In this document: positions 39,280-48,994 of the stretch, piece by piece
How positions within the stretch are numbered: position 1 is the stretch's first letter
How the letters are laid out: each line of letters begins with the position of its first letter
Origin: Candidatus Latescibacterota bacterium
GTDB taxonomy: Bacteria > Latescibacterota > UBA2968 > UBA8231
Reading direction: 5' to 3'
Length of the DNA: 64,000 nucleotides
NCBI GenBank assembly: GCA_965223905.1
Contig: CBDCXV010000011.1
Coordinates: 1,472,001 to 1,536,000 of the forward strand
Made by a program: the position numbers and the translations under genes
The notes under the pieces: generated by a model
Database searches by the model: none
The model's input: only the letters and a program-made list of their open reading frames with translations
What the model was told of the DNA's origin: nothing

Positions 39280-41007
39280 CTAGCGGCTCTGCGAACCGCT
39301 GGGAGCTTCGCCGCTCCCGCGGGACCCTCGAAGACCCCTCAGCTCCGCGATCTTCCCCTCCGCCCCCTGGCGGATGAAGAGCAGCTTGTTGGCGGGGACC
39401 GAGGCGACCGTTTGCCCGCTTCCGTCCGGCCACCCGACCTCGACGGAATCGACCTCCTCCAGGGAACCGAGCCCGAAATGGGCGCGGATGTCGCTGGCCG
39501 ACAGGTAGCTCCCGGAGCTGTCTACGACCCGCACCTGGGTGCGGCCCCCCGCCCGCACCCGGACCTCGGCGCCGGCGCCGTCGCGGTTGGACTTCGTCCC
39601 CTCGACCTCGACCACGAGGCAGTTCCCCTCCTCCCGGTCGTTGCGCAGCAGGGTGGGGGTGTCGTTGAGGTTGACCACCAGGACGTCGACGTCGCCGTCG
39701 TCGTCGTAGTCGCCGAAGCCGGCGCCGCGGCTGACCTTCTCGACCTTCAGCCCGGGGCCGGCGGCGGCGCTGACGTCGGCGAACCCACCGCCCCCGTCGT
39801 TGCGGAAGACCTGGTTCTGCTGGCGGTAGCTGGTGCCGGTCGGGGCGTCGTCCACCTCGGGGAAGACGTGCCCGTTGGCGACGAACAGGTCGAGGTCGCC
39901 GTCGTTGTCGAGGTCGGCGAACTGGGTGCCCCAGCCGAGCCGGGTCAGGGTCACTGCCTCGAGGTCGGCCTGCACCGTGAAATCGGAGAAGCGGCCGCCC
40001 CCCTCGTTCCGGTAAAGGGTGTTGCTCTCGCGGAAGAAGTTGGTGACGTAGAGGTCGGGATCGCCGTCGCCGTCGAAATCGCCGCTGTCGACCCCCATGC
40101 CCGCCTCCTCGTCGCCGTCGCCGCTGTAGGCGACCCCGGAAACCAGGCCGGATTCGGCGAACGTCGCGTCGCCGCGGTTGCGGAAGAGCAGGTTCGGTGT
40201 CTGGTCGTTGGCGACGTAGAGGTCGACGAGGCCGTCGCCGTCGAAATCCCCCGGGAGCACGCCGAGCCCGAAATAGATTGCCGAAGCCCCGACCCCGGAG
40301 CTCCCGGTGACGTCTGCGAAACGACCGCCGCCGTCGTTGCGGTAGAGGACGTCGGCGGCCCCCTCCATGCCGAGGGGCCCGCAGTAGGTCTTGATCCCGC
40401 CGACGTAGTCGCAGTCGACGCGCGGATTGTCGCGCAGGTCGAAGCGGACGTAGTTGGCGACGTAGAGATCGAGATCGCCGTCGTTGTCGTAGTCGAAGAA
40501 GGCAGCCCCCGCGCTGTACCCGTCTCCGGCCACCCCGGCGGCCTCCGCTACATCGGCGAAGCTGCCGTCGCCGCGGTTCCCGTACAGCAGGTTGGCGCCG
40601 TAGTTGGTGACGTAGAGATCGCGGTCGCCGTCGTTGTCGATATCCCCGACCGCGCACCCGGCGCCCCACCCGGCGTCGTCGACCCCGGAGGCCGCGGCGA
40701 CGTCGGAGAAGGTGCCGTCGCCGTTGTTGCGGTAGAGGGAGTTCCCCGGACCGGAGCGCTCCTGGTAGGTCTCGAAGGTCGAGCCGTTGACGAGGTAGAG
40801 GTCGAGGTCGCCGTCGCCGTCGCTGTCGAAGAACCCGGCGCCGCTGCCGTGCGCCTCGAGGATGTACCTCTTCTCCATCCCTCCGAAGACGTTGAGCGCG
40901 GTGACGCCGGCGGCTTCCGCCTGATCGCTGAAACGGATCTGCGGCGCGCAGACCGAGGGAGCTGCCAGAATGGCCAGCAGGTGCGCGCCCGCCAGGACGA
41001 GCCGCAC
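39280..41007 (-). CDS. CRTAC1 family protein (FG-GAP repeats + ASPIC/UnbV)
   Basis: Many DxDxDGDLDLYV.N repeats, SNRDG.GA.V, GSYLS..D.R.HFGLG; signal-peptide-like start. Confidence 0.9.
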   Translation of the reverse strand: MRLVLAGAHLLAILAAPSVCAPQIRFSDQAEAAGVTALNVFGGMEKRYILEAHGSGAGFFDSDGDGDLDLYLVNGSTFETYQERSGPGNSLYRNNGDGTFSDVAAASGVDDAGWGAGCAVGDIDNDGDRDLYVTNYGANLLYGNRGDGSFADVAEAAGVAGDGYSAGAAFFDYDNDGDLDLYVANYVRFDLRDNPRVDCDYVGGIKTYCGPLGMEGAADVLYRNDGGGRFADVTGSSGVGASAIYFGLGVLPGDFDGDGLVDLYVANDQTPNLLFRNRGDATFAESGLVSGVAYSGDGDEEAGMGVDSGDFDGDGDPDLYVTNFFRESNTLYRNEGGGRFSDFTVQADLEAVTLTRLGWGTQFADLDNDGDLDLFVANGHVFPEVDDAPTGTSYRQQNQVFRNDGGGGFADVSAAAGPGLKVEKVSRGAGFGDYDDDGDVDVLVVNLNDTPTLLRNDREEGNCLVVEVEGTKSNRDGAGAEVRVRAGGRTQVRVVDSSGSYLSASDIRAHFGLGSLEEVDSVEVGWPDGSGQTVASVPANKLLFIRQGAEGKIAELRGLRGSRGSGEAPSGSQSR

Positions 41008-41196
41008 GGGAGCCGGTCGATTCGAAGGCCCTTCAGGGGTTGTAATGGCATCGCCGCAGGAGCCCCTGCGCACGCCAGGGCCGGACCCGGGATTCAACAA
41101 GCGGAAGTTGCCCGCACCAGGTTTTTCATCCGTTCTCATATGTACCGTAATTCTAAACGATCGAGCTGTTCGTCACCCGAAACGATACTCAGTGAG

Positions 41197-42087
41197 ATGA
41201 GCGACGCGAACCCCGGAAGCGAAACCGGCGGCGGTTCTCCGTTCCCGGTCCTGACCCCTGCACAGCGGATGTACCTCGAGGTCAACGGGTACGTCGTTCT
41301 GAAGGAGTTCATATCCGGCGAGCGGGTGCGGGAGCTGCTCGACACCATCCGCCGGATGGAGGCGGAGTACCGCGCGACCGGCGCCCTCCCTGGCTCCGAC
41401 TGCCACCTGTCGGCAACGAGCGAGGAGTACTTCCGCATCGACAACCTGCCCCACCTGGCTCCCTGCTTCTTCGACTACGTCACCGATCCCCGGATCGTCG
41501 CCGCGGCCGAGGAGATCACCGGCGGCACGGTGCGCCTCGAGCAGTCGGACGCCCACGTGCGCAGGCCGGGCGCCGCCAACGAGAGCTACGGGTTCCACCG
41601 CAGCATCAGCAACGGCTACGGCCACGTCAGCGAGTCCGGACTCTACCACTACTCGTTCGTCAAGGCGCTGACCAACCTCACCGACCTGGGGCCGGACGAC
41701 GGCGGCACCGCGGTGATCGCCGGCACCCACAAGGTCCCGCCCGAAGTCGGCAGGGAGGAAATGATAACCGCGGCCATGGAAGACCCGCGCCTCATCCACC
41801 AGGTCGAGGCTCCAACCGGCTCCACCTTGCTGTTCTTCGAGTCGCTCATGCACTCCCACGGGATCATGCGCTCCGGCCGCGAGCGCGTGCTCGTGATCGG
41901 CGGCTACACCCCGACGATGTTCCAGACCTGGCGCGGGTACGAGCCGAGCGCCGATTTTGTCGCCACCCTGCCGGACGAGCACCGCGCCCTGCTCACCGGG
42001 GAAGCGCGCTACGGTGTGCAGCGAAAGGGCCGCGACCTCGGAACCCCGGCGCGGACCACGCCTGCAAACGGAGAAACCGGATCTTGA
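41197..42087 (+). CDS. PhyH-family oxygenase
   Basis: LTPAQRMYLEVNGYVVL, GFHRS, LTDLGPDDGGT.VIAGTHK, GSTLLFFESLMH. Confidence 0.85.
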   Translation: MSDANPGSETGGGSPFPVLTPAQRMYLEVNGYVVLKEFISGERVRELLDTIRRMEAEYRATGALPGSDCHLSATSEEYFRIDNLPHLAPCFFDYVTDPRIVAAAEEITGGTVRLEQSDAHVRRPGAANESYGFHRSISNGYGHVSESGLYHYSFVKALTNLTDLGPDDGGTAVIAGTHKVPPEVGREEMITAAMEDPRLIHQVEAPTGSTLLFFESLMHSHGIMRSGRERVLVIGGYTPTMFQTWRGYEPSADFVATLPDEHRALLTGEARYGVQRKGRDLGTPARTTPANGETGS

Positions 42088-42869
42088 CCACCTCATTCGC
42101 AGACCACCTCGAAGCCCGCTTCGAGAAGGAAGGGTACGTCCGTCTCGGACGGCTGCTTTCCGACGACGAGCTGTCGGCCCTGTGCCGGCGCAGCGACGAC
42201 CTGATGCTCGGCAACGTCGTCATCGACGGGATCGTCTTTCAGCTCGACCCGGAAAGCCGGCGCTACCGGAACCTGCCGGGGGGAACCGCCGGTCCCTCCC
42301 AGCCCACCCTCGGCTACCGGCGCATCGACGAGCTTCACCTCGACCCGCTGTTCCTCGCCTACATGCAGCACCCCCTCTTCCGCGACCTGACCCGCCGCCG
42401 CATCGGCGAGAACGTCTCCGTGTTCCGCTCGATGTTCATGAACAAACCGGCCAGCAGGGGGACCGAGCTGCCCTGGCACCAAGACGTCGGCAAGGGCTGG
42501 GGGATCGATTCCGACCCCACCACCACGGTCTGGACCGCCCTCGACGACGCCACCACGGCTTCGGGCTGCATGCAGATCGTGCCGGGCAGCCACAAGCTGG
42601 GGATCCTCAACGAGGGGCACTTCACTTCCGAGGAGGACCAGGCCGCCCACTGCAGCCCCGGCAAGTTCATCGATCTCGAGGTCGAGGCGGGGGAGGCGGT
42701 GCTGATCCACAACTGGATGCTGCATCGATCCGGGATCAACAGGACCGGCAGGCCGCGGCGCGCCTTCAGCATCGCCTACATGGACGCCGCCACGAGAAGC
42801 CTCGACGGCGGTCGGAGCTTTCCGGTCATCTTCGGGGAAGGGGCCCTGGCCCCGCAGCAGGCTGCCTGA
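42084..42869 (+). CDS. PhyH-family oxygenase
   Basis: FEKEGYV, PWHQD, VWTALDD..SGCMQIVPGSH, LHRSG.N...RR. Confidence 0.9.
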   Translation: MTTSFADHLEARFEKEGYVRLGRLLSDDELSALCRRSDDLMLGNVVIDGIVFQLDPESRRYRNLPGGTAGPSQPTLGYRRIDELHLDPLFLAYMQHPLFRDLTRRRIGENVSVFRSMFMNKPASRGTELPWHQDVGKGWGIDSDPTTTVWTALDDATTASGCMQIVPGSHKLGILNEGHFTSEEDQAAHCSPGKFIDLEVEAGEAVLIHNWMLHRSGINRTGRPRRAFSIAYMDAATRSLDGGRSFPVIFGEGALAPQQAA

Positions 42870-43101
42870 TTCCCCCGGGCGCGGCGTCCTTCCAAGACGA
42901 ACCACCTTCCTTTCGCCGAGGCGTCCGTCTCTCAAGCCTCCTGAGCGGGCCGTCCAGGGGGGTTGTTCTGCGAGCCGGGGAAACCCGGGAACCGGGAACC
43001 GATGGGACCACCGCACAGATTTTCCGGGTTGGATTGAACCGGGGATTTCTCCATCGAGATGAAGCGGCCGCCGAATTCCCGCGGAGTTGCGCGTGCGGGC
43101 G

Positions 43102-44331
43102 CTATCCCAGGCGGCCCCTCTCCCAGGAAGCGAACCAGTTCTCCACCGTCATCCCCGCGGGCACTTCCTCGAACAGGTAGCGGGTCTCGCGGCCCTGGAA
43201 GCCGGGAAGGACGGTCTCCTCCTCCCCCTGCATGACCTCGTCGACCGGCTCGAACCGCTGCCACAGCAGGCTCGCCTCCTCCGGTGTGAAGCGCTCCCCC
43301 AGCGGCAGGCCCCACTGCAGGGTCATCGGGTGGACCATCTGCATGCGGGTCTTCTCGGTTTCGGTGAGTTCCTCCGGATCCCGGCAGCGCTGGTTGTAGA
43401 TGTGGCGCGCCGTCTTGCTCAGGCAGATCGTCGACTTGACGATCCCCTTGTCGCCGCGGCCGGGATGGAGCTCGTCGAGGGCGCCGCGGAAGGCCGCCTC
43501 GTCCCGGGCCATGGCGGCGCGGAAAGCCGCCTCCGCCGAGTCGATGTACTCCCGGGAGCGCCGGTGCCAGCGGGTGCAGGTCTCCTGCGCCGCCGGCGAC
43601 AGGTACTCCATCCAGCGGATGTCGTCCCACTGCGTCAGGCGGGCGAATCCCCCGTGGACGGTGCGCCGCATCTTCGTCGTGTAGTTGCTGCCCCAGTGCA
43701 GGATCGGCAGGATGTAGGCGACGCCGTCCCCGGCGTTCAGGTGGGTCTGAACCCCGCCGGGAACCGGGGCTCTCGGGTTGGCCGCCATCGACGCGTTCTC
43801 CTCCCCGGTGTTCGGGCGCACGTGGGTGCCCGGGACGACCCAGAGCACGTCGTCGTCGTAGAGGGGAATGTTCCACTGCACGTAGCGCGGGCCGTTCTCG
43901 AGGATGTCGTCCGCATAGGCCATCAGCGGGGCGTTCAGCGGCGGGTAGAAGTCGCGGTGCCAGGCAGCCGGCCCGCGGTCGGAGACCGGGTTGCACATCA
44001 TCATCATTTCGGTGTTGGGGGCGTCCTCTTCGGCCAGCAGGTGGCTGCTCACGCCCTGGGTGTTCTCGTGCAGCCACAGCTCGATGGCCGGGGCGGTCTC
44101 CCGGTCGTGCTCCGCACCCATGCCGTTGATGTGCAGGCGGGGCTGGTTCCCGGTCTCCCAGACGCCCCCGGGGGGATCGTCGGGGCCTGCCTGGCGGGCC
44201 CAGACCTCCCGCTGGCGCTCGACCAGGAGCTCGTGGCACCGCCGCATTCTTTCGAGATCCCCCGGCGCGATCACCTGTCGCAGGATGACGAACCCCTGCT
44301 CGAGGAACTCATCCCTGTCTGCTTTTATCAT
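43102..44331 (-). CDS. PhyH-family oxygenase
   Basis: ATG 44331 (MIKADRDEFLEQGFVIL), WHRD, VVPGTH, AGDGV, LHWG. Confidence 0.85.
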   Translation of the reverse strand: MIKADRDEFLEQGFVILRQVIAPGDLERMRRCHELLVERQREVWARQAGPDDPPGGVWETGNQPRLHINGMGAEHDRETAPAIELWLHENTQGVSSHLLAEEDAPNTEMMMMCNPVSDRGPAAWHRDFYPPLNAPLMAYADDILENGPRYVQWNIPLYDDDVLWVVPGTHVRPNTGEENASMAANPRAPVPGGVQTHLNAGDGVAYILPILHWGSNYTTKMRRTVHGGFARLTQWDDIRWMEYLSPAAQETCTRWHRRSREYIDSAEAAFRAAMARDEAAFRGALDELHPGRGDKGIVKSTICLSKTARHIYNQRCRDPEELTETEKTRMQMVHPMTLQWGLPLGERFTPEEASLLWQRFEPVDEVMQGEEETVLPGFQGRETRYLFEEVPAGMTVENWFASWERGRLG

Positions 44332-45194
44332 GACTCCCCCATCGCGAGCATCCGCCTCGCCGAGGCGATGACCTGCTTCGCTGTTTCTTCCGGCTCCTGC
44401 TTTTCCAGCTCGGCGTCGAAAGGCTCCACCGTCACCGGACCGTCGTAGCCGATCGCCTCGAGGCAGCGCACGAAACCCGCCGCGTCGATGATCCCGGTGG
44501 CGCAGGGCAGCCGCCGCTCGAGGTCCATCTGCTGATCGCGGCCGCGGCCTTCGACGCCGTCGTTGATGTGCACGAGGACGGTCTTCCGGTTGTCGAGAAG
44601 CCGGGTCAGCTCCTCCTCGGTGCCGCCGCTGGTGTACCAGTGGTAGCTGTCGAGCAGCACGCCGACGTACTGCTCCCGCGCCGGCGCGATCGCCGCCGCC
44701 AGGTCGAGCATCTGCGGCAGGGTGTGGACGAACTCGTACTTCATCTCGTCCCGCAGCGTCTTCGGTCCGATGAACTCGAGACCGAAACGGATGCCGTGGT
44801 CGGCCATCAGCCGCGCCATCGGCGCCAGGCGCTCGACGTGGAGCTGGAAGTTCGCCGCGTACTCGAGGTCGTCGCTGCAGGGCCGCGCCCCCGACACCCC
44901 GCGGTCGCAGCCGAGGCGCCGGGCGATGGGCAGCCACCTGCTCAGCTCATCCATCCGCTGCTCGTAGACCGCCCGCTCTCCGGCGTAGTCCCAGGGCGCG
45001 CCGAAGCTGCCGAACTCCAGGCCGGCCGAGGCCATCGCCTCCTCGATCTGCTCCAGGGAGAGGGTTTCCCTGCCCTCGCCGATGCGGCTCAGCGGCAGAT
45101 CGATTCCGCCGTACCCGTGGCGGGCCGCCAGCGGGGTCAGGTCTCCCAGGGGCAGGTCGATACCGACTGCGTCGGGCTGCAGGTTGATGTACAT
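44328..45194 (-). CDS. Sugar phosphate isomerase/epimerase (TIM barrel)
   Basis: GYGGID, GLEF, LLDSYHW, VHIND, R..C..G.ID, VTVEPF. Confidence 0.85.
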   Translation of the reverse strand: MYINLQPDAVGIDLPLGDLTPLAARHGYGGIDLPLSRIGEGRETLSLEQIEEAMASAGLEFGSFGAPWDYAGERAVYEQRMDELSRWLPIARRLGCDRGVSGARPCSDDLEYAANFQLHVERLAPMARLMADHGIRFGLEFIGPKTLRDEMKYEFVHTLPQMLDLAAAIAPAREQYVGVLLDSYHWYTSGGTEEELTRLLDNRKTVLVHINDGVEGRGRDQQMDLERRLPCATGIIDAAGFVRCLEAIGYDGPVTVEPFDAELEKQEPEETAKQVIASARRMLAMGES

Positions 45195-45391
45195 GTCCGC
45201 TTCCTTTCGATCTTCCGGGGCGTCTGCTACCTGGGGCGCGCCGGTCTCTTGCGGCTACGCATCAAGCGGAAGCAGCGGCCGGGCCGCGGCCCCGAGCCGG
45301 AAATCTGCTGCATTCCCCCTTCCGCGTCGATTGGGGGCGATTGCTCCTGTCCAGCGCGGCCGCAAGCCTTCGGGGCCGGGCGCTTCGGCAC

Positions 45392-46420
45392 TTAGAACAG
45401 GTCCTCGAAGGCCACCGGCGGCGACCCGGAGCCGGCTTTGATGAAGGAGATCAGGTCGAGGAGCTGTTGCACCGTGTAGCGGCTTGCGTAGGTATCCGGC
45501 ATGGCGGAACGGGAGGTCTGCTGCTCGCTGAGGACCCTGTCCTTGCGGATGTTCCGGCGCACTGGCGGAAAGCGGGTTACGTCGAAAAGCTTGACGCGGG
45601 TTTCAGTCTCCCCGAGACGAAGGACCTCGAGCGTGTCCCCCGCGGTCGTCACCAGCTCGATGACGCGGCCGTCCGGGATTGCGAAGAGGTTCGGGGTCAG
45701 GATCTCCCGCAGCAGCATCCGCGGCGGTGCCGAGGCCAGCAGTCCGAGCTCGGGACCTACCGCCGACCCCCTGCCGCCGATGGCGTGGCAGTGGGCGCAG
45801 CCGTGATCGTCGCCGGAGTCGAAGAAGAGGGAGCGCCCCCTGCCGGAGTCCCCGACGAGGCCGGAGGTTCCGCTGGGGACCGGAGCCGGTTCGGTGGTTC
45901 TTCTCACCCGGCGGACGTTCGCCGCGGAGTATCGTCCGCCCCCGAACACCGGGTCGGGGTCCCCGGGGGCGAGGTCCGCCAGCGTCTGGATGAACGAGAC
46001 GATGGAGGCGATCTCATCCTCGCTCATCCGGTCCCCCCAGCTGCCCATGGTCGAGTTGGGGATGCCGTCCCTGATAACCCGGCCGAGGTAGTCGGCGGGC
46101 AGCTTCCTGCCGCGCAGGCGCGGCCCCCGGCCGGCCCGACCCCCCTTGCCGTGGCAGTACCCGACCGAGCAGTTGCGGGCGAACAGCACCTGACCCTGGA
46201 AGAGGACGGAATCGTCGGCAGCCCCGGAACGCGCTGCGAGTTCGGAACCCCCTTCGACCTTTGAAGGCTCTTCCAGCTTGGAACGCCCTTCGGCCGTTCC
46301 GGGTGGATCCGCATGGTTCGAGGCCGCCTCCCCGGACACGGGTACGGCGGCGAGACATCCGCTGCAGACCAGAAGAACGGCGAGCAACCGACGGCAGTGC
46401 ACGGTCACGGCTCGGTCCAT
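45392..46420 (-). CDS. Periplasmic dihaem c-type cytochrome
   Basis: Signal peptide; haem motifs CSVGYCH and CAHCH; GP.L; SAMP. Confidence 0.8.
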   Translation of the reverse strand: MDRAVTVHCRRLLAVLLVCSGCLAAVPVSGEAASNHADPPGTAEGRSKLEEPSKVEGGSELAARSGAADDSVLFQGQVLFARNCSVGYCHGKGGRAGRGPRLRGRKLPADYLGRVIRDGIPNSTMGSWGDRMSEDEIASIVSFIQTLADLAPGDPDPVFGGGRYSAANVRRVRRTTEPAPVPSGTSGLVGDSGRGRSLFFDSGDDHGCAHCHAIGGRGSAVGPELGLLASAPPRMLLREILTPNLFAIPDGRVIELVTTAGDTLEVLRLGETETRVKLFDVTRFPPVRRNIRKDRVLSEQQTSRSAMPDTYASRYTVQQLLDLISFIKAGSGSPPVAFEDLF

Positions 46421-46646
46421 CCCCGGATCGGCACCGCCTTTCCCGTGATTAGGCGACCTGCCGCGTCGCTCTGAACAGCTTCCTGAAAGTTGCGGCCGGC
46501 TTTCCGCAGACTTGGCCCCTGGGCTGGCCGGCCCCCCCGCTTCTCCGCCCTCGCGCGCCCCGATCTTCGCCCGGCCCCCTTCAAGACGGCTTCCACCACG
46601 AGTTGCCGGAATCGGCGGAACTGGCGCCGCCCCGGTCGGCAGCCAC

Positions 46647-48326
46647 CTACTTCAGGGAAAACACGAAGAGCGCCCCGCCCCCGGGAAAGTCCTCCATCTC
46701 CGGCCAGATCTGCGGCAGCAGGCCGCCGACCGCGGAGCCCCAGCCGGAGGGCACGGCGATGTACTGGGTCCCGTCCACGGCGTAGGTGATCGGCGAGCCG
46801 CGGTGGCCCGACCCGGTATTGAAGCTCCACAGCACCTCGCCGCTCTCGGCGTCGAAGGCGAGGAACCGCCCCTCCGGGTCGCCGGTGAACACCAGGTTGC
46901 CCCCGGTGGCAAGCGAGGAGGCCAGCAGCGCGTACTTCGACCGGTAGGTCCACTTCTTCTCCCCCGTGACCGGGTCGTAGGCGTCGAAGTGGCTGTACGG
47001 TTCACCGTCCGGCGGCGGGCGCAGCTCAAACTCGGCGGCGATCCACTCGTCGCCCATCTCCACCTCCTGCTTCTCGGCGGTCACCTCCTGGCAGAACTCG
47101 AGGCCGGTCTGGTACAACAGCCCGGTCTTCGGGCTGTAGGCGGCGTGGTTCCAGCTCCTCCCCCCGCATATGGAGGGGCAGAGGAAGACAGGTACGTTCG
47201 GCGGCGGCTCGTTCCTTCCCAGCAGCTCGCCCTTCGCCCCGACCCCGGTGATCCAGGTGATGTTGTCCGCGTGCGGCCAGGCGCCGATGAACTCGCCGTT
47301 GGTGCGATCGAGGACGTAGGTGTAGCCCCCCTTGTTCGGGTTGATCAGCAGCTTGCGCATCTCCCCCTCCACCGGCAGGTCGATGAGGATCTGCTCGTAC
47401 GCGGCGTCCCAGTCCCAGACGTCGTAGGGGATCTCCTGGAAGTGCCACTTCCGCTCCCCGGTATCCGGGTCGAGGGCGATCATGCAGTTGGTGTAGAGGT
47501 TCAGGCCGCGGCGGTCCTCGCCGTAGAAGTCCGAGGAGGGGTTGCCGATGCCCCAGTAGAGCAGGTCGAGCTCCGGGTCGTAGGAGCCGGTCAGCCAGGT
47601 CGAGCCGCCGCCCAGCTTCCAGCTTTCCCCGAGCCAGGTTTCGTTCCCCTCCTCCCCTTCGCCGGGGATCGTGTAGAAGCGCCAGGCATGCCTGCCGGTC
47701 TCGGCGTCGTAGGCGTTGATGTACCCCCGGTGCGCGGAATCCCCCGCGGTCACCCCGACCACCACCTTGTCCTTCACCACCAGCGGCGCCCCTGTGATGT
47801 TGCAGCCGCACTCCTGCCAGTCCTCGATGTTGACGTCCCACACCAGCTCGCCGGTCTCGGCGTCGAGTGCTACCAGGTGGTTGTCTATGGTGCCCATGAA
47901 GACCAGCCCGTTGCCGAGGGCGACGCCGCGGTTCCAGGGGCCGTAGAGGAGGCCGAAGTCCTCCGGTTTGGGATGGTAGTAGTGCCACAGCTCTACGCCG
48001 GTGACCGCGTCGATGGCGAACACCCGGTTCCAGGAGGAGGTGATGTACATGACCCCGTCGGCCACCAGCGGGGTGCAGGAGAAGCCGCCGTCGACGACCC
48101 CGGTCTGGAACACCCAGGCCGCGGACAGGTCGGCGACGTTGTCGCGGTTGACCTGGTCGAGGGGAGAGTAGCGCCAGGCGTTGTAGGTGCCGCCGTAGGT
48201 GAGCCAGTTCTCCGGCTCGCCGGCGGCGTTTGCGAGGCGTTGGGTGTCGATTTCACCAGCCTGCGCCGGCGCGGTTGCGAGCAGCGCGAGGGCGGCGAGG
48301 GCCGCGGCGAGTTTTCCCGTTTTCAT
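46647..48326 (-). CDS. PQQ-dependent dehydrogenase (methanol/ethanol family)
   Basis: Signal peptide; WLTYGG, RYSPL.Q.N..NV, Trp-docking repeats, YWGIGNP, WHFQ..P.DVWDWD, SPITY..DG.QY. Confidence 0.9.
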   Translation of the reverse strand: MKTGKLAAALAALALLATAPAQAGEIDTQRLANAAGEPENWLTYGGTYNAWRYSPLDQVNRDNVADLSAAWVFQTGVVDGGFSCTPLVADGVMYITSSWNRVFAIDAVTGVELWHYYHPKPEDFGLLYGPWNRGVALGNGLVFMGTIDNHLVALDAETGELVWDVNIEDWQECGCNITGAPLVVKDKVVVGVTAGDSAHRGYINAYDAETGRHAWRFYTIPGEGEEGNETWLGESWKLGGGSTWLTGSYDPELDLLYWGIGNPSSDFYGEDRRGLNLYTNCMIALDPDTGERKWHFQEIPYDVWDWDAAYEQILIDLPVEGEMRKLLINPNKGGYTYVLDRTNGEFIGAWPHADNITWITGVGAKGELLGRNEPPPNVPVFLCPSICGGRSWNHAAYSPKTGLLYQTGLEFCQEVTAEKQEVEMGDEWIAAEFELRPPPDGEPYSHFDAYDPVTGEKKWTYRSKYALLASSLATGGNLVFTGDPEGRFLAFDAESGEVLWSFNTGSGHRGSPITYAVDGTQYIAVPSGWGSAVGGLLPQIWPEMEDFPGGGALFVFSLK

Positions 48327-48435
48327 GGCCTTGCTCCGTTTTCAGGTGATTGGCGGAACGGTCTCGACAAAAGCTGTTCGAGCGGGCCCTAACTAATCCC
48401 GTACCGGATGGCGGCGCAATCGGGGCGCGGTGCTT

Positions 48436-48790
48436 CCCCGGCGATTTCTCACGGCCCCGGCCGCTCACGGTTTCCTGTTGCCGGCCTCCCCTTGGAATGC
48501 AACTCCTCGGGGGCGGAACCGCCACTGTTGGCGGGAGGCATTCGTGGCTGCCCTGTTTCCTGGAATTTCCGGGCCTCTGCGCAGCCCTTCACCGGTTACC
48601 GACCTTGCCCGCGAAAGGGAGCCTCCGGGCCTCAGATGCCGACCCTCAGCAGTTGCCGGACTTCCCTGCGAAAGCGACCCCTCCCCGGGCGAAGGGGCGG
48701 ATTCGAGGGCTACCATGCCCCGGCGATTTTTTCTGGCCTCTGCCGCAGACCCTCCGCGGTTGCCGGCCTCCCCCGCAGAAGGCGAGGCTC
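48436..48790. repeat. Four degenerate ~50-bp repeats in the divergent intergenic region
   Basis: CCCCGGCGATTT at 48436 and 48718; GTTGCCGGCCTCCCC at 48477 and 48759 (both 282 bp apart); related cores at 48595 and 48652. Confidence 0.5.
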
Positions 48791-48994
48791 CCCGCCGGTG
48801 CGGCCGACTGTCGACCGCGCATTCAGGATGGCTCTTCCCCCAGGCGATACCCCGCTTCCCCTTGCCACAAGCGGCCCCTCACAGGGAGGCGCTACCAGTG
48901 TTGACGGAGCCCGGACGCCCCCCTAAGCTACCGGCCGCAAGGTGATGAAAATGCCCCGCCCCAGGCGCGGCGAACCCATTCCGGAGGACTCGAA

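Noticed and set aside
39600-40860. Recurrent GTCGCCGTCG-type DNA repeats
   Set aside because: They encode the Asp/Gly FG-GAP motifs.
39412-42087. 891-aa ORF as a giant PhyH fusion
   Set aside because: The first ~595 codons are antisense to the CRTAC1 gene; PhyH starts at 41197.
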